A DNA stretch of 64,000 nt from Malacoraja senta (GCA_038087875.1 CM075991.1:806001-870000), one strand, 5' to 3'. Positions 14,695 to 27,867 are shown, counted from the first letter of the stretch. Translations and numbers: made by a program. Notes: generated by a model from the letters alone, not told the origin.

Positions 14695-15035
14695 AAGTTA
14701 AAGGAAGATTTTGACGTGGATAAGCTTTTCCCATTGAGAGTAGGGAAGATTCAAACAAGAGGACATGATTTGAGAATTAAGGGACAAAAGTTTAGGGGCA
14801 ACATGAGGGGGAACTTCTTTACTCAGAGAGTGGTAGTTGTGTGGAATGAGCTTCCAGTGGAAGTGGTGGAGGCAGGTTCGTTTTTATAATTTAAAAATAA
14901 ATTGGATAGGTATATGGACAGGAAGGGAATGGAGGGTTATGGTCTGAGTGCAGGTAGATTAGGTGAGAGTAAGTGTTCGGTGCAGACTAGAAGGGCCGAG
15001 ATGGCCTGTTTCCGTGCTGTAATTGTTATATGGTT
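14695..15035 (+). mobile_element. CR1 LINE 3' end fragment
   Basis: TRGHDLRIKGQKFRGNMRGNFFTQRVVVVWNELP; near-identical to the copy at 60310-60597. Confidence 0.85.
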
Positions 15036-16504
15036 AAAAATTCATTCGTGGTCTTTGAGCACTTTACTGGTATGATGAACAATGAGGAACCAATGGATGG
15101 ATTTCCTAAAGGATATCAATAAGCAGGTGAACTCCAGGATGCTGCACAAGCCAAGTGCTGGGGCGTTGAGGAGAATGATGTCGTCCAGATGGAAGATTTC
15201 CAATTACAGAAAGCAATGGTGTGCTGAGCAGGTTGTTTTCAGGGAGAGCCAACTGACTGTGGCAAGGGTACAGCATGGAACAGGAGTATACTGGAGTGTC
15301 TGCACATAGATTCCCTGAGATGGCAGGAGAGGAGGAGAACTTAACAGAGACACAATACAGTGCATTTGCTTTTTATTAGCTGTGGTATCAAATACAGGCA
15401 GCTCCATTTCTCCCATGTTATCATTCCTTTTCTGGAGATCACTAATATTTGCAACATTTCATGCTTTTTTTCTTTCAATTTGATGCCACTTTTAACTAGA
15501 GTTGCCGTTGGATGGAGCATCCTTCCCACGCGGCCGTTTCACCTTTGCTGAATGAATAATCTCAAACATCTGGCTACTCCTGCCCTTTCATTTCCTTGTC
15601 CAACACTCCCCTAACTTGGGAAATTGGCCATCAAATACAAAAGCATATGTTCAAGGTGAAGGTAAATAGGGAAATAGGGAAATGGGGAATGATTAACGGG
15701 AGTTCATAACGGAATGCACAGCCAGAGGAGGTGGCAGAATCAACTGTTTGAGGCATGGCATTGGCATAAGACAGAGAGGATGCTGGCTTAAAGCAGGCAA
15801 ATGGGATTAGTGTCAGTGGGCGTGAAGGTCAGCAGAGACGTCTTGGGCCAAAGGCCCTGTTTGTGTGTTGCATGCTGTGCCTCATCCCACCATTAGAATC
15901 ACCTTCATTTAAACACAAGTCTCACACCTAAGTTTCTCATCCACAAACTGACTTTTAATTCTGCCACACTCTGGATGTTCTTTACTCGGGATCCATTACT
16001 AAAGAAACAATTAATGAATTAATCAAACACAAATTAATCAATGTCCATTGATACTTCATTGTCACAGGTACAGTGAAATTCTTAGTTTTGTATACAATCT
16101 GGTAAAAATCATACAGCAGACCTCACCTGGGCAGTTCAACAGATCAGGCAGCATCTGTGCGGTGAAATGACGGCCAGCTTCCAGGCCGGGCTACCACCTC
16201 CATGTTCTCCAGAGATGCTGCTGAGTTACTCCAGCACTTTGCATCCTTTTGTCCATTAACCATCATCTGCAGTTATCTGTTTCTACCACTTACATAATAA
16301 TAATAATCATACTCTGTTATAGCGAACAATCGGCAGTAACGTACACCCCCCCCCCCCCCCCAACATGGTCCATTATATGAGGGTTTTACTTTTATCTTGC
16401 AATAATACTGTCAGTTTCTCAACTAATGCACTGAATGAGAAGGATTCAAAAGGTTTTGAGCGTCAATTACAGTCAATAACTGACTTGACTCTCAGCAATT
16501 AAAG

Positions 16505-16900
16505 AGGCTTCAGGTGCAGACACGGGGGACAATAATTCACCTGCACCTCCTCCAACCTCATCCACTGTATCCACTGTTCCGGGTATGGACTCCTATATAT
16601 CGGCGAGACCAAGCGCAGACTGGACTATCGTTTCGCTGAACACCTCCGCTCAGTCTGCCTTGGCTGACGTGACGTCCCGGTAGCTGAACACTTTAACTTC
16701 CCCTCCCAATTCCACACTGACCTTTCTGTCCTGGTCCTCCTCCACTGTCAGAGTGAGGCCCAGTGCAAATTGTACAAAAAGCACCTCATATTTCGCTTGG
16801 TAGCTTACAATGCAGCGGTATGAATCTGATTTCTCTAACTTCAAGTAACCCTTGTATCCCCTCTATCTCCATCCCACCCACACCCCAGGTTCTCCTACTA
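16505..16900 (+). mobile_element. Penelope-like element fragment (GIY-YIG endonuclease region, degenerate)
   Basis: FTCTSSNLIHCIHCS...LLYIGETKRRL; homologous to 18534-18872. Confidence 0.8.
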
Positions 16901-16939
16901 GTTTCACTGCCCTTCTGATCCATTTAACGGTTTGTATGA

Positions 16940-18095
16940 CAATTTGCTGGAATTCTTTGGAGAAGTAATAGCAGGACAGACAAAGGTGAGTCAGTAGATG
17001 TTGTTTACTTAGATTTTCGGAAAGTCTTTGATAAGGTTCCACATGTTAGGCTGCTGTGCAGCCCACGGTATCAAAGGGCAGATACTAGTGTGTACTAGCA
17101 GGTTGGCTGGAGGGCAGAAGACAAAGAGTGGCAATAAAGGGGGCTTTTTCTGGTGGGCTGCCAGTGACTAGCGGAGTTCCGCAGGGGTCGGTGCTGGGGC
17201 CGCGACTCTTCAATTTGTATATTAATGATTTGGATGAGGGGATTGAAGGCTTTGTGGCCAGGTTTGCGGATGATACGAAATAGGTGGAGGGGCAGATAGT
17301 GTAGAGAAGTGGCAGATGGAATATAAAGTAGCAAAGTGTGGAGTCATGCATTTTGGTAGTAGGAATAAAGGCATTAGACTATTTCTAAATGGGGTGAGTA
17401 TTCAGAAATCGGAGATGCAAAGGGACTTGGGAGTGCTGGTGCAGGATTCCCAAAAGGTTACTCTGCAAGTTGAATCGGTAGTAGAGAAAGCAAACTCAAA
17501 GCAAACTCAATGCATTTATTTCAAGAGGACATGACTACAAAAACAGGGATGTAATTTATTGTGAGCAATTTTGGGCACCATATCTGAGGAAGGATGTGCT
17601 GGCGAGAGGGAACTGAGGAGGTTTACAAGAATGATCCCAGGAATTAGTAGGTTAACCTATGATGAGCATTTGTCGGCACTGGGCCTGTACTCACTCGCTG
17701 GAGTTTAGAACAATGAGGTGGGATACATACAAAATAGTGAAAGGCCTGGATAGAGTGGATGTGGAGAGGATGTTTCTACCAGTGGGAGAGTCTAGGACTA
17801 GAGGTCATAGCCTCAGAATTAAAGGACGTTCTTTTAGGAAGGAGATGAGGAGAAATTTATTTAGTCAGAGGGTGGTGAATCTGTGGAATTCTTTGCCACA
17901 TAAGGTTGTGAAGGCTAAATCAGTGGATTTTTTAAGGCAGTGATAAATAGATTCTTGATTAGTACAGGTGAGGTATGGGGAGAAGGCAGGAGAATGGGGT
18001 TAGGAGGGAGAGATAGATCAGCCATGATTGAATGGCGGAGGAGACTTGATGGGCCGATTGGCCTAATTTTACTCTTATTCCTTGTGACCTTATGT
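16940..18095 (+). mobile_element. CR1 LINE, RT through 3' end, fragmented
   Basis: Motifs LDFRKVFDKVPH, GVPQGSVLGP, FADDTK and KCGVMHFG, plus the C-terminal ORF 17659..17943. Confidence 0.85.
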
Positions 18096-18311
18096 ATGCC
18101 TTCTTGTCACCTTCCCCTCAGCCAACATTGAACCATTCTACATTTCTTTGATCCTCGTCTGCTTTTATGTTCTTTTCACACCGTACATGCTCTTTGTACC
18201 CTTCCATATCTCTATGTCTCCCTCTCCCCTGACTTTCAGCCTAAAGAAGGGTTTCGACCCGAAACGTCACCCATTCCGTCTCCCACGAGATGCTGCCTGT
18301 CCCGCTGAGCA

Positions 18312-18872
18312 TTGTTTAAGAAGGAACTGCAGATGCTGGAAAATCGAGGTAGACAAAAATGCTGGAGACACTCAGCGGGTGAGGCAGCATCCATGGAGCG
18401 AAGGAAATAGGCAACGTTTCGGGTCGAGACCCTTCTTCAGATTGATGTGAGGGTGGGGGGGGGGGGAAGAAGAAAGGAAGAGATGGAGCCAGTGGGCTAA
18501 GGGAGAGCTGAGAAGAGGAAGAGAAAGTAGGGACTACCTGAAATTAGAGAAGTCAATGTTCATACCGCTGGGGTGCAGACTGCCCAAGCGAAATATGAGG
18601 TGCTGCTCCTCCAATTTACGGTGGTCCTCACTCTGGTCATGGAGGAGGCCCAGGACAGAAAGGTCAGATTCGGAATGGGAGGGGGAGTTGAAGTGCTGAG
18701 CCACCGGGAGATCAGGTTGGTTATTGCAGACCGAGCGGAGGTGTTCGGCGAAGCGATCGCCAAGCCTACGCTTGGTCTCACCAATGTAGAGTAGCTGACA
18801 TCTAGAGCAGTAGATGCAATAGATGAGGTTGGAGGAGGTGCAGGTGAACCTCTGTCGCACCTGGAAAGACTG
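18312..18872 (-). mobile_element. Penelope-like element 3' part: GIY-YIG endonuclease plus terminal repeat
   Basis: ORF 18534..18881 reads FTCTSSNLIYCIYCSRCQLLYIGETKRRLGDRFAEH (GIY-YIG/Uri signature). It is followed on the same strand by the recurrent terminal repeat. Confidence 0.88.
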
Positions 18873-19110
18873 ATTCCTCACCTTCCACCTTACCAGCCGT
18901 CACATACAACAAATAATCCCACCCTGCTTCCTGTAAGGACTCCATCCCCTACACCCAATTCCTCCGTCTACGCCACATCTGCTCCCAGGATGAGGTGTTC
19001 CACACCAGGGCATCGGAGATGTCCTCATTCTTCAGGGAACGGGGGTTTCCCTCTTCTACTATAGATGAGGCTCTCACCAGGGTCTCTTCTATACCCTGTA
19101 ACTCTGCACT
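18873..19110 (+). mobile_element. Penelope-like element RT C-terminal fragment, inverted relative to the neighbouring GIY-YIG piece
   Basis: SIPYTQFLRLRHICSQDEVFHTRASEMSSFFRERGFP, a typical PLE post-RT motif. Confidence 0.75.
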
Positions 19111-19227
19111 CTGGGAGGAGAGGGGGGGGAGGGTTGGGGGAGGGGGTGAAGAGGGGATGTATGCGGGAGAGGGGAGGGGGGGAAGGAGGAGCTGTCGTGA
19201 GGCTCTGCGCCATTCGCCAGGGCATGT

Positions 19228-19305
19228 TGACGTGTGCGTGAGGCGGCCAATGGCGATGCGCGGGGCTGCGATCCCTCATTAGCATGGGGCCGGGGGCTTT
19301 ATAAA
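19228..19305 (+). promoter_or_regulatory. H2B-type promoter: CRE half-site, CCAAT box, octamer variant, TATA box
   Basis: TGACGT 19228-33, CCAAT 19247-51, ATTAGCAT 19278-85 (one mismatch to the H2B octamer ATTTGCAT) and TATAAA 19300-05, in the order known for vertebrate H2B promoters, inside a CpG-rich island. Confidence 0.75.
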
Positions 19306-19614
19306 GCGGCGGCGGCGGCTCCGCTCAATGGTCTTTGGCGGCGGCGGCGGTGTTGCTCCATCTCCAGGTCCGGCTAAAGTTGCATCGCCAGCCCCGGCCG
19401 CCGCTCCATCTCCAGCTCCATCTCCATCTCCGGCTCCAGCTGCATCTCTGCCCGCGACTCCATCAAGCAGCATCTACGCCTCCGCTCCAACCTCACCCCG
19501 CGGCCCCATCTCTGGCTCCGGCTCCACCTGCATCTACAGCCCCATCTGTCTCCGGCTCCACCTGCATCTCCAGCCCCATCCATCTCCAGTCTCCGGCCGG
19601 CTGCAGCCGCGGAC

Positions 19615-19989
19615 ATGCCCGATGACAAGAAGGGCGCCCCAAAGAAGGGCGCCAAGAAGGCGATCAACAAGACGCCGGTGAAGGGCGGCAAGAAGCGCAG
19701 GAAGGTGAGGAAGGAGAGTTACTCCATCTACATCTACAAGGTGATGAAGCAGGTCCACCCCGACACGGGCATCTCCTCCAAGGCCATGAGCATCATGAAC
19801 TCCTTCGTCAACGATATATTTGAGCGCATCGCGGGCGAGGCTTCCCGCCTGGCCCATTACAACAAGCGCTCGACCATCAGCTCCAGGGAGATCCAGACGG
19901 CGGTGCGGCTGCTGCTGCCGGGGGAGCTGGCCAAACACGCCGTGTCCGAGGGGACGAAGGCGGTCACTAAATACACCAGCTCCAAGTAG
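19615..19989 (+). CDS. H2B: Histone H2B, intronless, 124 aa, canonical core
   Basis: [15 protein letters not shown]...[93 protein letters not shown]; intact ORF with strong GC3 bias. Confidence 0.98.
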   Translation: MPDDKKGAPKKGAKKAINKTPVKGGKKRRKVRKESYSIYIYKVMKQVHPDTGISSKAMSIMNSFVNDIFERIAGEASRLAHYNKRSTISSREIQTAVRLLLPGELAKHAVSEGTKAVTKYTSSK

Positions 19990-20203
19990 AGCTCACACCG
20001 ACCACTCGGGCCGCCCAGCCCAGCCCAGCCCAGCCGCGCCGCACACACGGGCTTTGCATTGATCCCGATGGTTGCCAATTCCCTCTGTGTTTTTCCGGTC
20101 CAATGTTTCTCCAGGAGGAGGAATCGCCCCGCGTTGCAGCGGTTGGTTGTGTTGCGTGAGCAGCAGCGGGGCCGCCCGCGGGTTTTACTCTCTCAATCTT
20201 TAT

Positions 20204-20260
20204 TGTAACCATTGGTCATTAAATTTACATCCATCTTTTTCTCTAAAGGCCGTGTTGTCA
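20204..20260 (+). terminator. Putative cleavage/polyadenylation signal of the H2B gene
   Basis: TGTA at 20204, ATTAAA at 20218-23, then a U-rich run and GTGTTGTC at about 20252. No GGYYYTTYNRRRMC-type histone stem-loop was seen after the stop. Confidence 0.6.
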
Positions 20261-20344
20261 ATAAGAGACGCTTTGCACCTTGCAGACAAAGGCGGAGGAC
20301 GAGCGAGACACGGGAGCGCGCAGCTGGCAGGTGCTCGTGCACGA

Positions 20345-21132
20345 TATAGAAACATAAGAGAAAAAAAACAAGTGCAGGAGTAGGCCATTCAGCCCTTCGA
20401 GCCAGCATCGCCATTCAAGCTGATCACCCAAAATCAGTACCCCGTTCCTGCTTTCTCCCCATATCCCTTGATTCCGATAGCCCGAAGAGCTAAATCTAAC
20501 TTTCCCTTGAAAACATCCAGTGAATTGGCCTCCACTACCTTCCGTGGCAGAGAATTCCACAGATTCACAACTCTCTGGGTGGAAAAGTTATTTCTCATCT
20601 CGGTCCTAAATGGCCCACCACTTATTCTTAAACCGTGACCCGTTGTTCTGGACTATGGGAACATCGGGAACATTTTTCCTGCATCTAGCCTGTCTAATAC
20701 CTTAAGAATTGTATCGGTCGACAAAAATGCTGGAGAAACTCAGCGCGTGAGACAGCAGCTAGGGAGCGAAGGGAATAGGCGACGTTTCAGGGTCGAGACC
20801 CTTCTTCAGACTATCTTAAGAATTGCATATGTCTAGAAGATCCCCTCTCATCCTTCTAAATTCCAGTGAATACAAGCCCAGTCGACCCTTTCTTTCATCA
20901 TATGTCAGTCCCACCATCCCGGGAATTAACCTGGTGAACCTATGCTGCACTCCCTCAATAGCAATAATGTCCTTCCTCAAATTAGGAGACCAAAATTGCA
21001 CACAATACTTCAGGTGGGGTCTCACCAGGGCCCTGTACAACTGCAGTAGGGCCTCCTCGCTCCTATACTCAAATCCTCTCGCTGTGAAGGCCAACATGCC
21101 ATTTGCTCTCTTCACTGCCTGCTGTACCTGCG
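20345..21132 (-). mobile_element. CR1 LINE 3' fragment, interrupted by a Penelope terminal repeat
   Basis: ORF 20816..21115 reads KRANGMLAF...LYRALVRPHLKYCVQFWSP, followed by the CR1 3' UTR. Confidence 0.85.
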
Positions 21133-21961
21133 TGCGGTCGGAGTGCGGGCCAGCTTTTTGTGTCTATCAACTGTAAATGTTCTCTTTTTCCCCAATTCCG
21201 GACTTGAAACATTAACTCTTTCTTTCCACACATGCTGCCTGACCGGCTGAGGGTTTCCGCCGTTTCCGGAATAGAACCAGCAGCGGTGGTATTACCACAT
21301 AGCCTCGTGGTGAGAAAACTACACTGCAACTTAATTTCAGGAATCGTTATGTAAATTCAAGTACTAATTAAAACAAATGACAAGTAAATGACAGCTTGTT
21401 AGACACAAAATGCTGGAGTTTTCCGCGTGGGTTTTTTCCGAGTTCTTTGGTTTCCTCCTACACTCCAAAGTGTACAAATTTGTAAGTTAATTGGCTTGGT
21501 AGGGTGTAAATTGTTCCTAGTGTGTGTAGGGTAGTGTTAATGTGAGGGGACCACTGGTCGGTGCGGACTCTAAACTATAAACATGGGACGTGGTTTTCAA
21601 GCTGTTACTTGTAGCCTCTTGTATTCAACGCTTTCCTACTCCTTCCACCCCCTTCAATTCCACGAACCAATGAGCCATTCAGAGGGCAATCAAATCGGAC
21701 CAGTTGGTCCGCATTATGGAGAAACACGGAACTGCATATGCTGGGTTTTTTTTTAAGACACAAAGTACCGGAGTAATCAGCAGGTCAGGCAGCATCTCTG
21801 GAGAACATGGATAGATGAAGTTTCAAGTCGAGACCCTGCAGCCTGATGTAGGCTGAAACCCCCTCCTCCCCCCACACCCCCATCTTACCTGTATCCACCT
21901 ATCACTCTCCAGGCTTTGTCCTGCCCCATATTCTCTCCGGTTTTCTCCCACCCTTCTAAGT

Positions 21962-24027
21962 ATGAATCGGGGAATAAAGAATAAGTCGGGGAAGGTAGTG
22001 CATCCGTGGATAACAAGGGAAATCAGGGATAGTATCAAAACAAAAGATGAAGCGTACAAATTAGCCAGAAAAAGGAGCCTACCAGAGGACTGTGAGAAAT
22101 TCAGAGTCCAGCAGAGGAGGACAAAAGGCTTAATTAGGAAAGGGAAAATAGATTATGAAAGAAAACTGGCAGGGAACATAAAAACTGACTGCAAAAGTTT
22201 TTATAGATATGTGAAGAGGAAAAGATTAGTTAAAACCAATGTAGGTCCCTTGCAGTCAGAAACAGGCAAATTGATCATGGGGAACAAGGACATGGCAGAC
22301 CAATTGAATAACTACTTTGGTTCTGTCTTCACTAAGGAAGACATAAATAATCTGCAGGAAATAGCAAGGGACCGGGGGTTAAATTAGATGGAGGAACTGA
22401 GTGAAATCCAGGTTAGCCGGGAAGTGGTGTTAGGTAAATTGAATGGATTAAAGGCCGATAAATCCCCAGGGCCAGATAAGTTGCATCCCAGAGTACTTAA
22501 GGAAGTAGCCGGAGAAATAGTGGATGCATTAGTGATAATTTTTCAAAACTCTTTAGATTCTGGAGTAGTTCCTGAGGACTGGAGGCTTGCTAATGTAACC
22601 CCACTTTTTAAAAAGGGAGGGAGAGAGAAAACGGGGAATTACAGACCAGTTAGTCTAACATCGGTGGTGGGGAAAATTCTGGAGTCAGTTATTAAAGATG
22701 GGACAGCAGCACATTTGGAAAGTGGTGAATTCATTGGACAAAGTCAGCATGGATTTATGAAAGGTAAATCATGTCTGACGAATCTTATCGAATTTTTCGA
22801 GGATGTAACTAGTAGAGTGGATAAGGGAGAACCAGTGGATGTGTTATATCTGGATTTTCAGAAGGCTTTCGACATGGTCCCACATAAGAGATTAGTATGC
22901 AAACTTAAAGCACACGGTATTGGGGGTTCAGTATTGATGTGGATAGAGAACTGACTGGCAGACAGGAAGCAAAGAGTAAACTGGTCCTTTTCAGAATGGC
23001 AGGCAGTGACTAGTGGGGTACTGCAAGGCTCAGTGCTGGGACCCCAGCTATTTACAATATATATTAATGATCTGGATGAGGGAATTGAATGCAACATCTC
23101 CAAGTTTGCGGATGACACGAAGCTGGGGGGCAGTGTTAGCTGTGAGGAGGATGCTAGGAGGCTGCAAGATGACTTGGATAGGTTGGGTGAGTGGGCAAAT
23201 GCATGGCAGATGCAGTATAATGTGGAAACATGTGAGGTTATCCACTTTGGTGGCAAAAACAGGAAAGTAGACTATTATCTGAATGGCGGCTGATTAGGAA
23301 AAGGGGAGATGCAACGAGACCTGGGTGTCATGGTACACCAGTCATTGAAAGTAGGCATGCAGGTGCAGCAGGCAGTGAAGAAAGCAAATGGTATGTTAGC
23401 ATTCATAGCAAAAGGATTTGAGTATAAGAGCAGGGAGGTTCTATTGCAGTTGTACAGGGTCTCGGTGAGACCACACCTGGAGTATTGCGTACAGTTTTGG
23501 TCTCCTAATCTGAGGAAAGACATTCTTGCCATAGAGGGAGTACAGAGAAGGTTCACTAGACTGATTCCTGGGATTGCAGGACTTTCAGATGAAGAAAGAC
23601 TGGATAGACTCGGCTTGTACACGCTAGAATTTAGAAGATTGAGGGGGGATCTTATAGAAACGTACAAAATTCTTAAGGGGTTGGACAGGCTAGATACAGG
23701 AAGATTATTCCCAATGTTGGGGAAGTCCAGAACTAGGGGTCACAGTTTAAGGATAAGAGGGAAGTCTTTTAGAACCGAGTTGAGAAAATCATTTTTTACA
23801 CAGAGAGTGGTGAATCTGTGGAATTCTCTGCCACAGAAGGTAGTTGAGGCCAGTTCATTGGCTATATTTAAGAGGGAGTTAGATGTGGCCCTTGTGGCTA
23901 AAGGGATCAGGCGGTATGGAGAGAAGGCAGGGATGGGATACTGAGTTGGATGATCAGCCATGATCATATCGAATGGCGGTGCAGGCTCGAAGGGCCGAAT
24001 GGCCTACTCCTGCACCTATTTTCTATG
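21962..24027 (+). mobile_element. 5'-truncated CR1-clade LINE (HER1-like), about 2.1 kb of ORF2 (RT) with premature stops, plus 3' UTR
   Basis: Collinear ORFs 21962..22387, 22388..22954, 23006..23293 and 23309..23944 with KSPGPD, NYRPVSLTS, QHGF, LDFQKAFD, QGSVLGP and FADDTK. Confidence 0.95.
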
Positions 24028-27000
24028 AAGAAGTGCCCTGACCCAAACTGTCACCCATCCATGTTTTCCATTATTAGTTCTGATATTAATATGGAACACT
24101 TCTTCAATATAATAATGTAATTAAATGTGCATGGATTGATATTTGGGGCCTCTAGTTAATGACTATATCGCAGTGACTCACACTCACAATTAACGACTAT
24201 CGCAGTGATGGCGCTGGGAGCGGGGTGAGCGTTGCACCTGACTGGGTTCACACCTGGCAGTGGTGCAGAACACATTACGCTGGTCAAAACACACAGTGAG
24301 ATACAAAGAACTGCACATGCTGGTTAAAACAAAAGACAGCAAGCACTGGACGATGTCAGCTGGTCAGCCAGCGTCCATGGAGAACATGGATACGTGCCGT
24401 TTTTGGTTGTGACACGTATTCAGGTTGACTGTGATGGGGAGGGGGGAAGAAAGGTGGAGGAGGGGCTTTGATGGACAGATGGCTGGACAAAGGCCAGAGA
24501 CAAAAGGATTGAATAGTTGTGATTGTGAAGGCAGATGAAGGAATGTTAGGGGGGGAGGAGGGGATAAATAGATGTAAGTCCGGTGGGGGGAGGGGGTTGT
24601 CCTCACCTATTCCTACACTGACCTTTCTGCCCTGGGCCTCCTCCATTGCCAGAGTGAGGCCACACACACACTGGAGGAGGGAGCTTGTACCCAATGGTGT
24701 AAACATTCCAGTTTTACATAACTGCATAATCCTCCCCCTCTCCCTTCTTCCCCCACCCCCCCTTCTTTCTCCACACCCCCTCTCCCCTGTGCCCCACCTG
24801 GACTCCAACCTATTTCTACTTCCATTCCTTCCTCTAGCTTCACAATATCCAGCTCTTCAATCCTTTTCTTTGGCCTTTTCATCTGGCCTTTGTTCTGCAT
24901 GTATAAACACCATCACAGCTGTGTTTACCTATTACCTGACACACTTTGCCTTGCCTCTCCACTTTCCCTTCCCCTACAATCACTGAAGAAGGGTTCCCCA
25001 CCCAAAACGTCACCTATCCATGTTCTCCACAGATGCTGCCTGACCTGCTGAGTTACTCCAGCACTTTGTGTCTTTTTTTCCTGACCTATGAGTGACCTTC
25101 AGAACCAGATCAGTCTGCAGAAGGGTCCCGGCAGGAAACCTCACCCATCTACATCCTCCACAGATGCTGCCTGAGGTTTTTTTGTAAAGTACCATCTGCA
25201 GCTCAACTTCCCATCCCCCGTTTACGTCTAAATTCCATGAAATACAATGTCCTGAGTAACCGGACTGTGAAACCTAACACTAGGGGTCACATTGCCTCTC
25301 ACCCACTGTGTTATCTCCACTCAAAGATGTAACACCAGAACAAATCACAGCTGGGGCAGCCATTGTACACCTTTAACTTGATCTTTTTTTAGACAATAAC
25401 CAAGAATTCACAAAAACACCTGCATATTTTCCAACCCAGATGTATGAATATTGATTTATCTAACTACAAGTAACCCTTGCATCCCCTCTCTCTCTCCGCC
25501 CCCCACCCCCCCATTCTAGTCATCGTACTAGTTTCTCTGTCATCCTGCTGATTTTCACCGTTTGTATCACTTATATCCCTACCCCATAGCCAACAATGGA
25601 GCATTGTGGGCTCCACCTTTCCTTGATCATTGTTTCTTTTTTCATATCTTTCATTCATTTGTTCTATGTAGCGTCCACATCTCTCATTTCCTTCTCCCAT
25701 GACTCTGTCTGAAGAAGGGTCTCGACTTGAAACGCCACCCATTCCTTCTCTCCAGAGATGCTGCCTAACCTGCTGAGTTACTCCAGCATTTTGTGTCTAT
25801 CTTGGGTGTAAACCAGCATCTGCAGTTGCTTCCTACGCATATTGTAACCGTGTGTTCATGGGATTTGAATGTATTTGACAGTCTGCATTTTGACTGTGTC
25901 TATCTGTTGACTATTTAACAACCTCACTGTTCTAAATTCGTGTCCTGAGCAGATGCTTCACATTTGTCTAAACAGACTTCCACGTCCCATACTTTGACCG
26001 TGTATTTAACCCAACAATGTCTTTGTAATTTGACATCCCAATCACACTGCGAACAGTTCCACCTGATTCTGTGTCGGCCACTCCACCCCAATACCTTACC
26101 TGTTTAAAAAGGAACTGCAGATGCTGGAAAATCAAAGGTAGACAAAAGTGCTGGAGAAACTCAGTGGGTGCAGCAGCATCTATGGAGCGAAGGAAATAGG
26201 CAACGTTTCGGGCCGAAACCCTTCTTCAGACTGATGTCTGGCATTAGTCTGAATAATAATACCTTACCTGGTTCACCACATCATGCCCCAACACCAGCAC
26301 TACCTCCCTACACTCAGTGGAACTTCTGCCTCACACTCCAGAATCCTGGGTTCAATTCCTGTCTCGGGTGCTGTCTATGTGGAGATCATAAGTTATGGGA
26401 ACAGCATTAGGTCAGCAAGTCTGCTCCATCATTCTATCATGGCTGATCAATCTTTCCCTTTCTCCTGCCTTCTCCCCATAACCCCCGACACCCATACTAA
26501 TCAAGTATCTGTCAATCTCAGCCTTGAACATATCCATTAACTTAACCTCCACAGTCTTCTGTGGCAATGGGTTCCACTAATTCACGTATGATTAAATAAA
26601 TTCCTCCTCATCTCCATTCTAAAGGTACATCCTTTTTTTCTGAGGCTATGACCTCTGGTCCTCGACTCTCCCACTAATGGAAACATCCTCTCCTCATCCA
26701 CTCTATCCAGGCCTAAACTAATCCCTCCCCCCCTCTCATCTCCCCCACCCCTTCAGTGTTCTGAACATGCACCAATCTCTCTTGTCTCTCTCCCTGGCCT
26801 CCCCTATTTCTGCCCTCCCCCTATATCCCCTCCTCTGGCTTCACAATTCGCACCTCTTCTACCCTTCTCTCACACCTTTAGTTTTTCCATTCCTCACCCT
26901 TTGTCCAACCATCTGCCTATCGAAGATGCCCCCCCCTCACCTGTATCCACCTATCACTCATCTGGCTTTGGTCCTGCCCCTCCTCCAATCCAGCTTTCTC

Positions 27001-27867
27001 TCCTTCACTCCAATCAGCCTGAAGAAGGTTCCAGACCGGAAACGTCACCTACCCATGTTCTTCAGAAATGCTGCCTGACCCACTGAGTTACTCCAGCAAT
27101 TGTGTTTTTGTTTTTTTAACCGGCACCTGCAGTTTCTTGATCTCCACAGAAGGACGGCGATGTATGTTGGTCCAGTCCCAAAGCACAACCATCACCAGGT
27201 TGGAAAGTGTCCAATAAATAGCAGATTCATTTTCTATTGAGATGCTGCCTATAACCCACTGAGTTATAAATGACAGATGACACAGATGCACGTATTGAAA
27301 TATAAAATAAACTGCAATATTGTATTCAGAAATTCAACCTGTATGAGGAAATCATTCATTAATACAGCCGGCCTAAATTGCAAACTTCTTGCAATTGTTA
27401 CAGCTTTATCAAAGTGATAGAATTTACAAATCATAACTCAGCAGGTTTCCACCTGAAACATCACCCATTCCTTCTCTCCAGAGATGCTGCCTATCTACTC
27501 CAGCATTTTGTGTAGAACTCAGCTGAGATGATACCACACCTCCCCATTCGCTACATAACTAACAATCTCGGATTGACATATTATTTAAAAAAAATAAAAA
27601 ATACTTGTCAGGAAAAATCGCCACATCAAAGTTAACATTGTATTACTTGCAATATCATTCAGGAGTGAAGATTTCATTCAGGTACCACACTGAGACCACA
27701 CTTGATATTTTGATATTAAAGTTTCTGCCACAAAGATACAAATGAAACAAATGAAGTTCATTCAAAAATGCTGTAAACTGCAAATAAAACTGGCCACAGC
27801 TTCTGACAGAAGCAGCACCCAAGCGAACAATCTTGTGATTCTACAGTAAACCCCATGCTCAGACTTA

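Noticed and set aside
19534..19938. 134-aa antisense ORF over H2B
   Set aside because: Expected shadow ORF of a high-GC3 coding sequence.
19615..19989. Identification as the H2B.K/H2BE1 variant
   Set aside because: The core is canonical-type ([19 protein letters not shown]) and intronless, lacking the divergent residues recalled for H2B.K.
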